Part shown: piece by piece, positions 1 to 14,295 of the stretch
Layout: each line of letters begins with the position of its first letter
Numbering within the stretch: the first letter of the stretch is position 1
Assembly (NCBI GenBank): GCA_951406725.2
Contig: OX597815.1
Location: 61,876,001 to 61,940,000, forward strand
Direction: 5' to 3'
Length of the DNA stretch: 64,000 bases
Source: Octopus vulgaris
Lineage: Eukaryota
Position numbers and translations under genes: made by a program
The notes under the pieces: generated by a model
The model's database searches: none
What the model was told of the DNA's origin: nothing
What the model saw: the letters and a program-made list of their open reading frames with translations, nothing else

Positions 1-66
<66 letters not shown>
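1..66. repeat. (CA)n microsatellite; one of well over 100 (CA/TA/GA/TACA/TATC/ATT)n arrays in the window
   Basis: Direct sequence. Confidence 0.99.
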
Positions 67-158
67 AATATATATAAATATATATTTCCTTATTGTATTT
101 GGTTTGCAAGATTAATGCAAGATTAATGTGAATTGAATTCGTGTGTTGAAGCATATTT

Positions 159-433
159 TATTGTGTCTGGAGAGAGTCATTCTCTTTTAGTGTCTTATTA
201 TTTAACACACACACCTGTTCGATTTCCAATCATTTACTTCTTTATTTTTTCTAAAATTTTCGTTGCGTCTTGTAACCTTTTCAATAGTCGTTGAGAGTGA
301 ACGACTACTGAAAAGGTTGCAAGACGCAATGACAATTTTAGAAAAAGCAAATAAGTAAATGAGTGGAAATCGAACCGGTGTGTGTGTTAAGTAATAACGC
401 ACTAAAAGTGAATGACTCTCCCCAGACACAATA
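159..433. repeat. Inverted repeat (~135-bp arms, 7-nt loop) of a short HHR-bearing PLE-pLTR-like element
   Basis: 159-292 is the reverse complement of 300-433 with scattered mismatches; the same family recurs at 55760-55895 and 56654-56782. Confidence 0.9.
251..287 (-). ncRNA. Minimal type I hammerhead ribozyme, U3-A8 variant
   Basis: Minus strand reads CUA-UUGAAAA-G-GUUAC-AAGAC-GCAAC-GAAA-AUUU-UAG; one stem II mismatch. The partner at 305-341 (+) is degenerate (CUGAAAA, GACA). Confidence 0.6.
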
Positions 434-460
434 ATACACAAGCACACACATATATGTACA

Positions 461-601
<141 letters not shown>

Positions 602-766
602 TTCGTTTAGGCACAGCGATATTAATAACCTAGGGTTAGAACTCAACATACATATGCTCAGAACAAAGCAGCAGTCGAGTACAAAACCGTTAGGTTATGA
701 GTGCATTGTAAGCTAATGAAGTTTATGACATAATTTCTTATTCTCTTGTCATTAATCTAATTTCTT

Positions 767-828
<62 letters not shown>

Positions 829-1851
829 TTATGTTAAAGCAGTGTCAGCGCCAAGCAATGTTTAGGTGTAAGCGAAGTTTAGGTTAGTTAAGATAAATTT
901 GTGACATATTTCAACTGCTGAAGGCAAGTTCACTGCAGTTAGTGTAGAGAAAAAGATTCTCTTTTATGGTAAAAAGGTGTAAAAATACCATATGCTTGCC
1001 CCTATCTGGGAATCTGACAGGGAGCAGCACGGGATAAATTTGGTGTTTTTACACCTGTTCACCATAAAAGAGAATTTTTTTTTCTCCGCAGCAACAGCAG
1101 TGAATTTGCCTTTAAAAGTTGAAATACGTCACAAACATATTTTAACTAACCTATATATAAATGCGTGTACCAGCCCGGGATCATTATTGTCCAAACGACT
1201 CCTCAACAATTTGACTGTCGACATTGTTACATCACTGCCATGATGTAGAGAGTTCAAGTTTAATTAAGATTATTTTTCAAGGTCTAATTATAGATGTTAT
1301 CTTCTTTGTGAAGAATGGAAAATATCATTCCAATGAAGGGACATTATGGTAAATAACCAGTAAATAATTAGTTCTTATGTATCTGTATCACATCAGATGC
1401 TTAGGTGGTACAATTTTTTCACGTTAGTTTGCTTCATTTAAATCATAAACGTTTGTTCTGGCATCTCACCAATAAATAAAGATGGACGTTCGAAATCATT
1501 CAGGATAATATCGAAGCAATCTTTGATTGCTTTAGCTCGTTATTTGGCTGTTAGCTATTATGGCATATATCAGGTTATATGAAAAACTAAATGAGATATA
1601 CAAATTTTACATTACATCTTAGCCGATTTTCCATTCGAACCAAAGAATTTTTTTTCCTTCATTCATCCGTTACCGATTTTACCTGTCGGTTGTAACTCAT
1701 GACAGAAATACCACGGTTTTTTTTTTTCGGTAACCGAAATTCCGATTTGAACTCAGAACGCCAGAAGAGAACTGCAAAACATTATCTCCTCCCTTTAACA
1801 TTTCCACCATCCTGGCCTGGTACTTTATTACTGATCCTGAAAGAATAAAGA

Positions 1852-1978
<127 letters not shown>

Positions 1979-2906
1979 GAGAAAGAGAGAGAGATAGATA
2001 GATATGTGTGTATATACATACATATACATACATATGCATATGCAGTATCTTGTTCTCTTATTGGTGTGATCAACAAAGAAGTACTTCATCCAGTGAGATA
2101 AATATAATTCAAAATTCAGGATTTAAATTCAAACTACAATTAGTTTCATACTTTTGATAATACAATTGTCAGACAAGCTTGTATAGAGTTCCATTTATTT
2201 TCAGTCAAACATGCAGACTTACAATATGGCTGCTCTTTGACAAAAAGGAAGAAAGAGCCAGAAAGTACGAGAGGAAAAGAGTAAAAGCTAAAAAGTAAAA
2301 CGAGAAAAACTGAAAAAAGAAGTATAGTGGGAAAGAAGATAAGAGCTGCGTCCCTTTGGTCCGTTGGAATGGGAATTAATATGGTTAATGTAATCAAATC
2401 AACAGGTAAATTTTAAAATTTGGGTGACTTCATCCTTAATCGAGAGATAGTTATACTTATTAAAAATTTCGGATTTAGAATTCTGTAGGTCGGTAGAGTT
2501 CTTAGATATAGAAAGGATATGAGTTATTTCGGCATCTGCACTTTCATTACTCATTAACGGATGGCATGGATCGTTCTATGATGTTTCACTTGATGGTGTG
2601 TGGTGTATTGTTGGTTTCAGGCTAACTTTGTAGTTTTCTTCTTATCGGAAAGAAGACTGGTGGTTGGCGTATCTTTTTTAAAATCACTTTCGCATATACC
2701 AATATACTTTTTCTTTTGAGTTTTGTTATTTTGTAGAACTGAAGTGCTTCAACCTTCGAAAATGACTGAGCTAATCTTGCAAGCCTGCTCCAGTGGGCAA
2801 GTTTGAGTGCCTCCACAGTTACAGTTTACTTTGTTATTATCATCAGAACCAAGTCATGTCAATCTTGATTTCGCAGATTTACAATTAAGAGTATTATTAT
2901 TATTGC

Positions 2907-2987
<81 letters not shown>

Positions 2988-2988
<1 letters not shown>

Positions 2989-3510
2989 GAGTGAGAGAGC
3001 AGCGCATACCATCAAAGTGTCACTGAGGTACAACTATACGAAGCCCAATATATCCATCATTACTAACTGTCACATGCATCACAACTATGTGTGCGCGATA
3101 ATGGTGATCTCATATCAAGATAAACAGTATATGACCTTGCAGGTGGGGCCCAGTTAGAATTTTCTTCAGATTGAGTAGCCCATCCCGCTCAAAAGGTCCC
3201 TGAATAAGGGTTGTTTAATGATGTTGAACGAAACATCAATGTTTCCGGACCTGAAATACCCAACAGATTTGCTCTCAACACTTGGCTATGATACTCCCCA
3301 ACTACTTCTGCATGTGATCAGAGGTGCTCATATCGTCAGCCATTAAGGGACATGTTCAACTGGTTACAGTCAAACAACTGACAAACACATCTGTGGTAAT
3401 GAGCAAAATATTTGCTGTAATCTATCTTTTATACCAAGACAAAACATGTACATGATAACACATCCAATCAGTTAAAATCAGAGGCCATGATGCTACTACC
3501 TGTAACAGCA
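2988..3510. mobile_element. Unclassified interspersed repeat bounded on both sides by (ATT)n; possibly a decayed RLE-type LINE fragment
   Basis: Complex sequence embedded between (ATT)n 2893-2987 and 3511-3528, like the neighbouring R4/Dong pieces; no diagnostic protein motif confidently read. Confidence 0.3.
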
Positions 3511-3528
3511 ATTATTATTATTATTATT

Positions 3529-5487
3529 CTATGTTTGACTTTTGCTTTATATTTGTACAAGTTGGCTCCAAGTCTCACCCAGAGACCTCAAGAGACAACA
3601 GGGTTGGAAGTTCATGTTGTTGTTATGCCTAGTGTGCCATATATTTGGGGGGTGGGGGTGTTGTACTAATGAATGTCTAAAAAAAAATTTTTTTTTTTTT
3701 TTTTAAACCGAAACTTATGTTTGTTTTAAACCTTGAGATTACATAGAAAGTATTTTGCGTAGGATATGAGCAGTTCCCATGAGCACTATCTTTTGAATTT
3801 CTGCCATTTTTGGGTTTCCTGGTATCTGAGTTACGTAGCTATCTGCCCCTTTTGCTATCATTCCCAGGGCACCTATGACAACAGGTATTGTTTTAGTCTT
3901 CAGCTTCCACATTTTGCTGATTTCTATTTCAAGATCTTTATATTTGCTCAGTTTTTGGTAGGTCTTGACAGATACGTTTATATCGATTGGGACAGTCATA
4001 TCAATGAGGAGGCATGTTCTTTGTTTGAAGTCTTTCAATATGATGTCTTGGCCTATTTGCATCTATCTTTCTGTCAGTTTGAATGGCGAAGTTCCAGAGG
4101 AGTGAAATGTGGTCATTTTCAAGCACTGGGGGTGGTTTGTGTTCCCACCAGTTTTTTTCATGGGGCAAATCCAGGTTTTTACAGATTACCCAGTGAATAT
4201 ATTGTGCAGCTCTATCGTGCCTGTTGAGATATTCTGTAGGCGCTAGAAGACTGCACTTGGAAACCACATGGTCAATGGTTTCATTTTGTTGCTTGCATAC
4301 ACGACACGTTGGACTGCTTCTGTTCTTTAATATGTTGGCCTGGTAGTTTCTTGTTGGTAGGCATTGATCTTGAGCTGCTATGATAAACACCTCTGTTTCA
4401 GATTTTAAGCCAGAGGCCATTAGCCATTGATGGGTCAGGGCTTTGTCAACATCTGCATTATTTGCTCTCTTTGGGTATTTGCCATAGAGAGGTTTTTCTT
4501 GCCATTTATCATTCAGAATATCTAAGGCCGCAGATTTAGCACGGGTTTTCATGCGCTTAGCTTTTTCTGTGCCTGTTTCTTGTATGTCTATGTCTAATTC
4601 CGAAATTTGTTGTATTCGGAATTCACTTAGATATTCCTTTGCTTGTTTTGTTACTGAGTATGATGCTTTCTTGTTTTCATGTTCTGAGACAAGTTTTAAC
4701 ATCCAGTCCTCAGAGTTTTTCAGGTAGGTGTCTAGGCCAATTGTAGCAATCTTCATTGTTATTGCCAGTTGTAAAAGTCCACGGCATCCCTCTTTTCTTG
4801 GCAGATAAAGTCGTTCTGTATCTGCCTTAGGGTGGTGCATTCTATGCATTGTCAACAGTTTTCGTATTTTTCTGTCAAGATTACATATTTCAGTGATTGA
4901 CCAGTTAACGATACTGAAACTGTAAGTCACGACTGGTATGGCTAATGCATTGATCGCTTCGATCCTGTTTCTCGCATTCAGCTCTGTCTTGAGTATTGCT
5001 CTTACTCTGCGATAGCATTCTCTCCTGATCCTTTCCTTCATCTCTGAATGCCTTATTCCTTCTCCTTCAATTATCCCTAGATACTTGTAGTTCTCTGCTG
5101 GGTCTAATTCTTTTATGACATTCTGCTGGTCAAGGTTAACATTAGATGTTTCTGTCATTTTTCCTTTGATAAAGGTAGCTTTTGCGCATTTATCGAGGCC
5201 AAATTGCATTCTGATGTCATCACTGAATTGTTTGACAATCGCTAGTAAGCCCTTGAGTTGTTGGTCATTTTTTGCAAAGAGCTTTAAATCATCCATGTAA
5301 ATGAGATGATTTATATTTTTATCAAACATTTTATATCCGTACTGCGCATCATTGAGCAGTTTTGAGAGAGGTATTAAGGCTAAACAGAAGAGGAGCGGTG
5401 ATAGTGAGTCACCCTGGAAAATGCCACATGAAATTTTTACATCACCAGCATTTAGAGATTCATTGTCACTGTTCAAAGTTAGTGTGG
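3529..5487 (-). mobile_element. 5'-truncated R4/Dong-clade non-LTR retrotransposon (RT + CCHC + restriction-like endonuclease) inserted in a (TAA)n array
   Basis: RT motifs GIFQGDSLSPLLF, YMDDLKL, FGLDKC, YKYLG; CRVC..ETIDHVVSKC..EYLNRHD; RLE NRP/DII..LIDMTVP..KLSKYKDL; 3' UTR 3529-3738; (ATT)n on both flanks. Confidence 0.93.
3739..5487 (-). pseudogene. R4/Dong-like RT-RLE ORF, C-terminal part, one frameshift near 4048
   Basis: ORFs 4001-5581 and 3739-4062 join at DANRP|DIILKD with one extra base; the N-terminal poly-I of the called ORF is microsatellite. Confidence 0.9.
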
Positions 5488-5498
5488 TTATTATTATA

Positions 5499-5578
<80 letters not shown>

Positions 5579-5579
5579 C

Positions 5580-5613
<34 letters not shown>

Positions 5614-6041
5614 TAACTTTGCTTTGTTTTTGTTTTCCTTCTTATTTTTGCTTTTATTGTACTAAGAGAAGGAAAAGCGACGCTTTTGACCCATTCGTGG
5701 ATTTCCCAGAATAATGTGGGAGGAAGTTTGAAGACTTTGAACCAGGCCACAGTGCTTGTTTCCGTTAATGTCATCTAAGGATCAGGTGGTAGTGTTAAAT
5801 CGGGCGATGGATCAAGGCCATAACGTAGAAACAGAATGATCCAAGGAGGAACTGTAGAGATCTCATCTAACAAGCGCTCCAGCAATTTTATGAAGCCGAG
5901 TTGGCGGTAGAAGATACTTGCCCGAGATGATATGCAATATGATCGATCTCAAAGCGACTGTATAGGCATGTTTCTATAGTCTTGTTGTGGATGTGGCTTT
6001 TGTTGTTCTCGTTGTTGTTAAACTTATTGCATACATCCATA

Positions 6042-6113
<72 letters not shown>

Positions 6114-6459
6114 ATGCACACACTCACCCCCTTCCACACACCATACCCACATTCGCACTCCAGGTTCACTTTGACACAATTACACACTCAGTACACTTTT
6201 AAATAAGACATACATACATGGGTACATACGCACACACACACATGCATGCAGATTAATATATATGTTTATGTATATTATGTGTGTGTGTGTGTGCATGTAT
6301 ATATATATATATATGTATACACACACACATACATACATTCACTTTCTCCGTCGACAAGCAAAGACGAACACATATATGTACACACAGACACGCATATACA
6401 CACGCACGCACACGTATGTACATATATCCACACTTACACACCCTTTTATATACACACGC

Positions 6460-6503
<44 letters not shown>

Positions 6504-7380
6504 GCATGTATTTATACACATACCCATATCTACATACACACACACTGTCAGACACTTAATTATACACGCACACAGTCGCCTACAGACACACACAGAGACG
6601 AGCATGCTATATAAACATTCTTTTTTTCTTTTCTTTTATTGTTTCAAGAATCTTGTTCTTCGCTTCGTTTGAAATCTGTGCAAGTCATAGGAATTCCAGG
6701 CGTCTTTGCATCGGTGCTTGCAGAAGAGAATGTCATTATCGGCATGCCATGACACAACAAACTTATGCATACACACTGACACGCACACACACACACATAT
6801 GCACACGCACACACACACACATGCACGCACTCACACACATACACACACAAACACAAACACATAAACACACAAGAACACACACGTACACGCACAAACACGC
6901 ATACATACAAATTTACACAAAATCTCAAACATACATATATACAGACATATAAATGTGTCTCTATGTATATACACATACGCATAGACAGACACATGCAAGC
7001 ACACACACATACATATGCATATATACGTATGTATGTGTGAGTATATATAAATATATATACTCACATACACACACACACACACACACACATGTACACATAT
7101 ATATATATACATATATAAATGGGCATATTTGTTGACACCCCCCACGTATATATCTATGAACACATACATGCGTACACACACACACACAAATAGACACACA
7201 TTCATATATATATATATATATATTCATGCACACGCACACAACCATACGCTGGTATTTATTCATTCAAGTCATGCACAGAAGTGCTCACACAAGCAGTCTC
7301 ACACGCGCGCACGAACATTGAAACTGAAGTGACACACACCCACAGACACATACACACATGCATACAAGTGCACACGCATG

Positions 7381-7417
<37 letters not shown>

Positions 7418-7910
7418 ATACACGCATACAAACGCATACATATCTTGAAACTGTACACCAACAACAGCAACATCAATAACAAAAACAACATGCGTAAGTC
7501 AGGAAAAACAAACAATATCTCCTGTTACAGTTTCGTCCTCACCCCCACCCTATCCCCAAACCAGCATTCTCCTTCCCCCCTCTCTCGGTTGCAACCCCCC
7601 ACCGTTAACGAAAATAATAGTGTTATCTAACATAGGCACAAGGTAACTAGATTTCAGGGAGGACGATGTAGCTGTGGGGCGGGGCAGGTGGGGTGGTGGA
7701 AATGATGTCTTTGAAAGCCTTCAGCGTTGCTTACGGAAAGATGTCTGGAGCTTAGTGAAAAAGGAAAGTCTTGTGGAGTACAAAGTATTATTTGGTGCGT
7801 TAATTAATTAGGCTTGCTATCTAATTACGAAGGAGTCAATCAAAGAATTCGGAAGAGAGTGCAATTATCTATACATACGTATATACATACATAAGTAAAT
7901 GTATACATAC

Positions 7911-7943
<33 letters not shown>

Positions 7944-8164
7944 TGTATGTATGTATGTATGTATGTATGTATATATGTTTATATATAATATATATGTATG
8001 TATGAATGTAGATATATATGTATGTTTGTTTGTATGTATGTATGTGTGTATTTACATATATATATATATATATATATATATTCATAAACACACACATGGC
8101 ATAAAACTCTCGGGTTTTAAGCCACTTAGTAACTTTTGTTCATTAAAATTAATTATAAAAGTAG

Positions 8165-8349
8165 TTCTTTCTAATATTTGACATAAGGCCAAATTTTGAG
8201 TGGTGGGTTGTCGATTACATCGTCTCCAGTGCCCAACTAGTATTATTTTATCGACCCGAAAGCATGAAAGATAAAGCTGACCTCCGCGGAGTTTGAAAGT
8301 AAAAGGCCAGAAGAAATGCCACGGAGCATTTTATAATAATAATAATGAC

Positions 8350-8404
<55 letters not shown>

Positions 8405-8602
8405 TTAATAATAATCCTTCTACTATAGGCATAAGGCCTGGAATTTGGGGACAGAGGGCTAGTCGATTACATTGACCTCAGTGTTGCACTGTTACTTAAT
8501 TTATCTATCCCGAAAGGATGAGAGTCAACCTCGGCGGAATTTGAACGCAGAACGTTAAGATAGACGAAACGTCGCTAAGCATTTAGCTCGACGTGCTAAC
8601 CA
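8165..8602 (-). mobile_element. Two copies of a second SINE family (8165-8330, 8415-8602); related pieces at ~12020-12220 and ~63625-63735
   Basis: Shared motif gtcgattacat..ttatcgaccc(c)gaaaggatga..acctcggcggaatttgaac (B-box-like GTTCAAAT on the minus strand). Confidence 0.7.
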
Positions 8603-8639
8603 TTGAATAATAATAATAATAACAACACACTTATATATA

Positions 8640-9175
8640 AATTTACCTGTTCTTATTTTCATGTTCATTTCTAGAAAATTGACTTCTATCACGTTGGTAT
8701 TAATTGTGTTCTTCGACCTAATTGGTTAAATCTTTTGCATAATTTTCCCCGTATCCTATCCATATCGTGTCCGTTTTTATTGTATACCACTTCCAGGCTA
8801 TCGTTCTTATATAAATCCATATTGGCTTCTTTTATTTCTTTTCTAAGGATAACTAGGTCAGCTATCTCTGCACCATTATAGTTCCCGGTTGCCACATGAA
8901 ATAGCTTATTCTCATTCTTTTTTACCCAGTAGGAACTATTAGGAAAAAGTAACGACTTCCTTGCGTTCATAATTATATTTATATCAACGTTTGTTATGGT
9001 AACATATGCCTTACCAAATTCAAGTGCTTTTTGAAGCAAGTTTTTGGAGATCGAGGGGTAAAACTCAACGATGTCAAATTGGATAAATTTGCATTTGGGT
9101 TTATCTTCTATTTTCTTAAACCATTCAATAATTTCAGTAATACATATCCATTGAGTAAAGTTTGAATATGCTCTG
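8640..9175 (-). pseudogene. Penelope-like element reverse transcriptase fragment (Hydra-clade-like, tentative)
   Basis: Translates FIQFDIVEFYPSISKNLLQKAL..NARKSLLF..WVKK..GNYNGAEIADLV..LYKNDSL..VNFLE; catalytic YxDD is decayed. Confidence 0.85.
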
Positions 9176-9254
9176 ATATATCATATGATATTATTTAATA
9201 TGGATTTACGGCTGTCTGGGAAAAGAACTTATAAACAAAACCAAAATCGGAGTA

Positions 9255-9580
9255 GCAAAGACATATATCGGGATGACGGGCAACTCGTTCAAGGGAAGAT
9301 ACACACAACATCTGGCGTCATTCAGGAACAAAAATAAAGACATGTGACATCGCTATTCAATATGATATGAATATTGAAAGAAGGAAGAGTAAGCAATTCC
9401 CAGATAACATGGAGCTTTATTACTAAAGTCAGAAAATACAGGGGATAGGGCACCAAATGCGAGCTTTGTATTACTGAAAAGCTAAACATCATATTGTCAA
9501 AAGATAATATCATAAACATCAGGGATGAAACCACTCTCTGCATACACAAGCAATATTTTACACTCCAGCATTTCAAAGAG
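9255..9580 (+). pseudogene. Penelope-like GIY-YIG endonuclease C-terminal fragment
   Basis: TYIGMTGNSFKGRYTQHLASFRNK..ITWSFI..KCELCITEKLNII..NIRDETTLCIHK, with in-frame stops. Confidence 0.85.
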
Positions 9581-9866
9581 GAACCACCACCTACTCCGTC
9601 GATCCCACCAGAATAGTTTCTTTCCCTGAACGTGAACATTGAGTATATACCACAAACGATCTCAACACATAGAAGACACGTCCACTGATGAAATCCCTTA
9701 ACACACAATCATACGAACATTAGACATACCCAGAATATAAAATAACATAATGGGAACAAATTCCTCATCCAGCAGATTTTAACCCAAAAAGTCAAACCCA
9801 AGAGAGAGAATCACTCAACAGGTGTCATCCAAGAGTATGACCCTTGATTTCTTGTTTTCTTTACAG

Positions 9867-9955
9867 GACCTTATTGTGAATTCCCGAGAACTTTCTTGGT
9901 TTCATCCAAAATGGATAAGAACACCATTCCTCCATTTGATCAGCTTGAAAAATTG
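9867..9955 (+). CDS. Candidate 89-nt internal exon of an unknown host gene ((G)PYCEFPRTFLVSSKMDKNTIPPFDQLEKL)
   Basis: Strong acceptor ttcttgttttctttacag| and donor TTG|gtaagg; open in the phase 1-to-0 frame; no recognised homology. Confidence 0.3.
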
Positions 9956-10055
9956 GTAAGGTATTAAGAAAATTTCTTAACATGAAAACAATGGTAGTCT
10001 TAACACACACACACACACACACACACACATATGCATATACATACGTCCGTTTATA

Positions 10056-10088
<33 letters not shown>

Positions 10089-10174
10089 CTTTTCATTAAA
10101 ATCCTTGAAATATATATATCTATACACACACACACATACATCTTTATATATATATATATACATTTATATATGTG

Positions 10175-10263
<89 letters not shown>

Positions 10264-10524
10264 TTCCCTTTATCACAGGTTTTGTTGGAGCTCCTGGAGT
10301 CTTGCATGCATAGCGGGCTTACCTACCTGCAGCTCGTGGTACCATGCTATTCGTTCTTTTCGGCTATCCTCGTTATTTCCTGGTTATTCTGGCCGAACCA
10401 GGATGGGGGGGGGGACTACCAGGTCTGTTCTGTTATGCTCTATCACCTCATCTATTTTGATTGGGAAATCCCAGACGATTTTACTAGTCCCCGACTCCGC
10501 CACTCTCTGTGGTTTGTGCTTATA

Positions 10525-11793
10525 CGAGGGACGTTCAATAAGTAATGCTCCTAACCCACTTGCAATTGTTTGATCTAGCTGAAATTTTGCATGTGCAATT
10601 ATTTATATCTCTATAGATTAAGTGGCAAATTACAGCTCTGTGGTTTCTGATTTACAGGTGTTTGAACAGAGTCAAGTGTGAAATGGAGCCAGTTGAGTGT
10701 CGAGCAGTGATCCGGTTTTTGTATTTGAAAGGACGGACACCACGGGAGACTTTTGATGAAATGAAAGTAACTTATGGTGATGATGCCCCATCATATGACC
10801 TTGTAAAACGCTGGCATCGTGAATTCAAACATGGTCGGAACTCTGTGGAAACAGCTCCCAGATCTGGTCGCCCCCTTCTGCCATTGATGAAGCATCTGTC
10901 CGTCAAGTTGAGGCTGCCATTTTGGAAAATCGACGCATAACTATTCGCCAAACAGCCCATGGGGTCAAGATTAGTACCGGGTCTTTGGAAACTATCATTC
11001 ATGACCATATGCAAAAGGTGTCTGCCAGATGGATTCCCAGGCTGCTCACACCTTTCCAGAAGCAAGAACGCGTCCAGTGCTCGAGGATGAATTTGGAGAT
11101 GTGCCAAGAAGATGAGTCAAAATTTTTCAGAAGACTGATTACACAGGATGAAACCTGGGTCCATCACTATGATCCAGAGACCAAAGCCCAGTCAATGCAG
11201 TGGAAGCACCGTGACTCACCTCCTCCAAAGAAGGCAAGGGTGCAGCCCTCCGCTGGCAAGGTCATGCTCACAGTCTTCTGGGACCAGGACGGAGTAGTGA
11301 TGACAGATTTCCTGGCAAAGGCTACCACAATTACAGGAGCCTATTATGCTTCACTTTTGAAGAAATTAAGAGAAGCTATAAAAATCAAGAGGCGGGGCAA
11401 GATTAGCAAAGCATCCTCCTCCTGCAAGACAACGCTCCGGTCCACAATTCGCGTGTCGCCAGATCAGAAGCACAGGCATGCGGCTATGAACTCCTCCCCA
11501 TACTCTCCTGACCTTGCACCCTCTGATTTTCACCTCTTCCCAGCCATGAAGTTGTTTTTTAAAGGAAATCGTTTCCCAGATGATGCAGCCTTGATTTCTG
11601 AAGTCACGTCGTGGTTGGAGGACCAAACTGGGGTCTTCTACAAAAACCATCTCCAGAGATGCATCAAACGATGGGAGAAATGCGTTACTCTGAGTGGTTC
11701 CTATGTAAAAAAAAGACTAATAACTGTGTCAAGTTTCGTTGCTCTACTGCCATGGGAAGTGGGTCAGGGGCATTACTTATTGAACGCCCCTCG
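10525..11793 (+). mobile_element. Full-length mariner transposon (~1.27 kb)
   Basis: ~37-bp TIRs (CGAGGG(A/G)CGTTCAATAAGTAATGC..), TA duplication at 10523-10524 and 11794-11795. Confidence 0.97.
10683..11720 (+). pseudogene. Mariner DD34D transposase, frameshifted
   Basis: HTH N-terminus MEPVECRAVIRFL.., WIPRLLT, TQDETWVHHYDPE, QDNAPVH (other frame), YSPDLAPSDFHLF; frameshifts near 10880 and 11410-11490. Confidence 0.95.
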
Positions 11794-11919
11794 TACCACC
11801 TCTTGCCTCTCTCTGCCTCCCACTTTTCGCATAGTTTCTAATGTAGCACTTTCGCTATCTAATCATGCCGCAACAACTTGTGGTGGTTTTGAGCAAGTCT
11901 ATTGCAGATGCGACACAGC

Positions 11920-11993
<74 letters not shown>

Positions 11994-12317
11994 TTTATGT
12001 TCATCATTATAATCAATAGGGCGGTGAACTAGAAAATTCTTGGTAACATTTCTTATGAATTTGCACTTAAAAATTATATATTCACAAATCTCAGTCGCCT
12101 AAGAGTGTTTTCTAATCCACCGCTCTAGAGGGGATAGGCAAAGTCAACGTCGGTGGGATTCGAATTCAGAACGCAAGGTATGAGAATGTATGACATTCTA
12201 ACGACACTGCTTATTCACCGCCATATATATTTGATATAATTTTTGGGGAGGATTTATTGCTATCTTACATGATTTCACTTAGTCGAATTCGTATATGTAT
12301 GTATATATATATGTATG

Positions 12318-12402
<85 letters not shown>

Positions 12403-13186
12403 ATATTACTTGAAGGTCGCTTTATATAGGGAAAGCATCAACAAAATTCGAACTCAGAATGTAAAGCTGCGAAATTACTTTTGCCTGCCGTTTTACTCAT
12501 CCTGCCATATAACAGACTCAACCTTCCATTATCGGTGGGATCAACTAAGAGGTACTCTATTCAACGAGAGATACTTGTCATTTGCACACATGGGATTTAT
12601 ATGTGAGCTACTCTAAGTTTCGTGATCTGATAACACAATACGAAGATGATCTTGTTCATGCAAACTTCTAGGTTGTAAGTACAACATGACAGCTCTCTGA
12701 GAAAAAGCGAGACTCACTTGCCACTCATTAACTGGGACATATCCACGAGAAGCAAAAATGATTTCAATAAATTTAGACTCTACCTGTATTTACTTTTCTT
12801 TTTCTCTCTCTTCATTTCAATCTCTTTCTCTGCTTGCGGCTCTTTGTATACGCATAGACACAGTTACACACACATACGCAACAAATTAAAATAAATATAC
12901 AATGACTGTTCAATACATGCTACAAATGTCTCAGCAGCATAGTAGCCTATTTGCGCCTACAATATTACATCATTATTATCATATACGCTAGAATTGCCTG
13001 CCATTTCATCAGGAAATCTCGAACTACCGAAAGGCAAAAATCAAAATGAGATTATTTCATTTTATCTTGTGAATGGGTGATGAAATAGACATATTTATTT
13101 GTATTCCTACAGTGTACACCGTTACCCAAATAAGCAGGCTACTGATCTAATAACCACGATAATTAAGTATATATATATATATATAT

Positions 13187-13302
<116 letters not shown>

Positions 13303-13680
13303 ATATATATATACATACATATTCATTGGAATATTTTCTCTCCTTTCGTAACTGAAACATATATACACACATTTATTTACATATATACATAGAATTATAG
13401 ATACATATAATCATGCGAATATACATACCTTCATATATATATATAGTTACATACATTCACACGTTCTCTCTCTCTCTCTCCCTCTTTCTCTTTGTCTGCC
13501 TGTCTCCGTCCCTCACACACACTTTCATATATAATGAGAACAAATAGTAGAAAAGCAGAATAGAAGAGAAATGGAGGAAGTTGGAGTCATAGGCGTGTAA
13601 AAAGATAGAATTAGTGATAGTTGTTGTGAGTGAATAATATGTGTGTGTGTGCGTGTTTGTGAGTGTCGTTCGAATACACA

Positions 13681-13739
<59 letters not shown>

Positions 13740-13740
13740 T

Positions 13741-13822
<82 letters not shown>

Positions 13823-13830
13823 CACACAGA

Positions 13831-13902
<72 letters not shown>

Positions 13903-14264
13903 GGAGAATGGGGAGAGGGACAGCTAGATAGGTGGATAGATAGATATTCATGTGGGTTCACATGAACGCATACATACACGTAAAAACACATAAATGTAGC
14001 AAAATTCTTATGCCAGTAAAAATAATCCATTTTTTTGCATGTGTGTAATGGTGGGTATATATTATACATATATGTTTGTATATGTATATATATACATACG
14101 TATATACCGTACATACACACACACACATATATATGTACGTATGTGTATATATATATATATATGCATATATATACACATATATATGTATGTATATGTGTAT
14201 ATTTATATATATATTTATATATATATATGTATGCATATATACATGTACATATATATATATATAC

Positions 14265-14295
<31 letters not shown>

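Larger units (their letters stand above)
10264..11920 (-). mobile_element. Decayed R4/Dong-like LINE 3' fragment, split by a mariner and flanked by (ATT)n
   Basis: Removing the mariner restores CRIC..LRHD*IAKVLH*KLCEKW..KRWYKHKPQRV..IVWDFPIKIDEVIEHNRTDLVV. Confidence 0.8.

Noticed and set aside
6649-6760. Cys-rich candidate exon after a strong acceptor
   Set aside because: No donor site or recognisable domain; two of three frames stop early.
9684-9700. CUGAUGA downstream of the GIY-YIG fragment
   Set aside because: No matching stem II/GAAA/stem III found downstream.
10683-11720. Domesticated or active mariner transposase
   Set aside because: Several frameshifts and small deletions; the called ORF 10922-12019 runs out of frame into a microsatellite.
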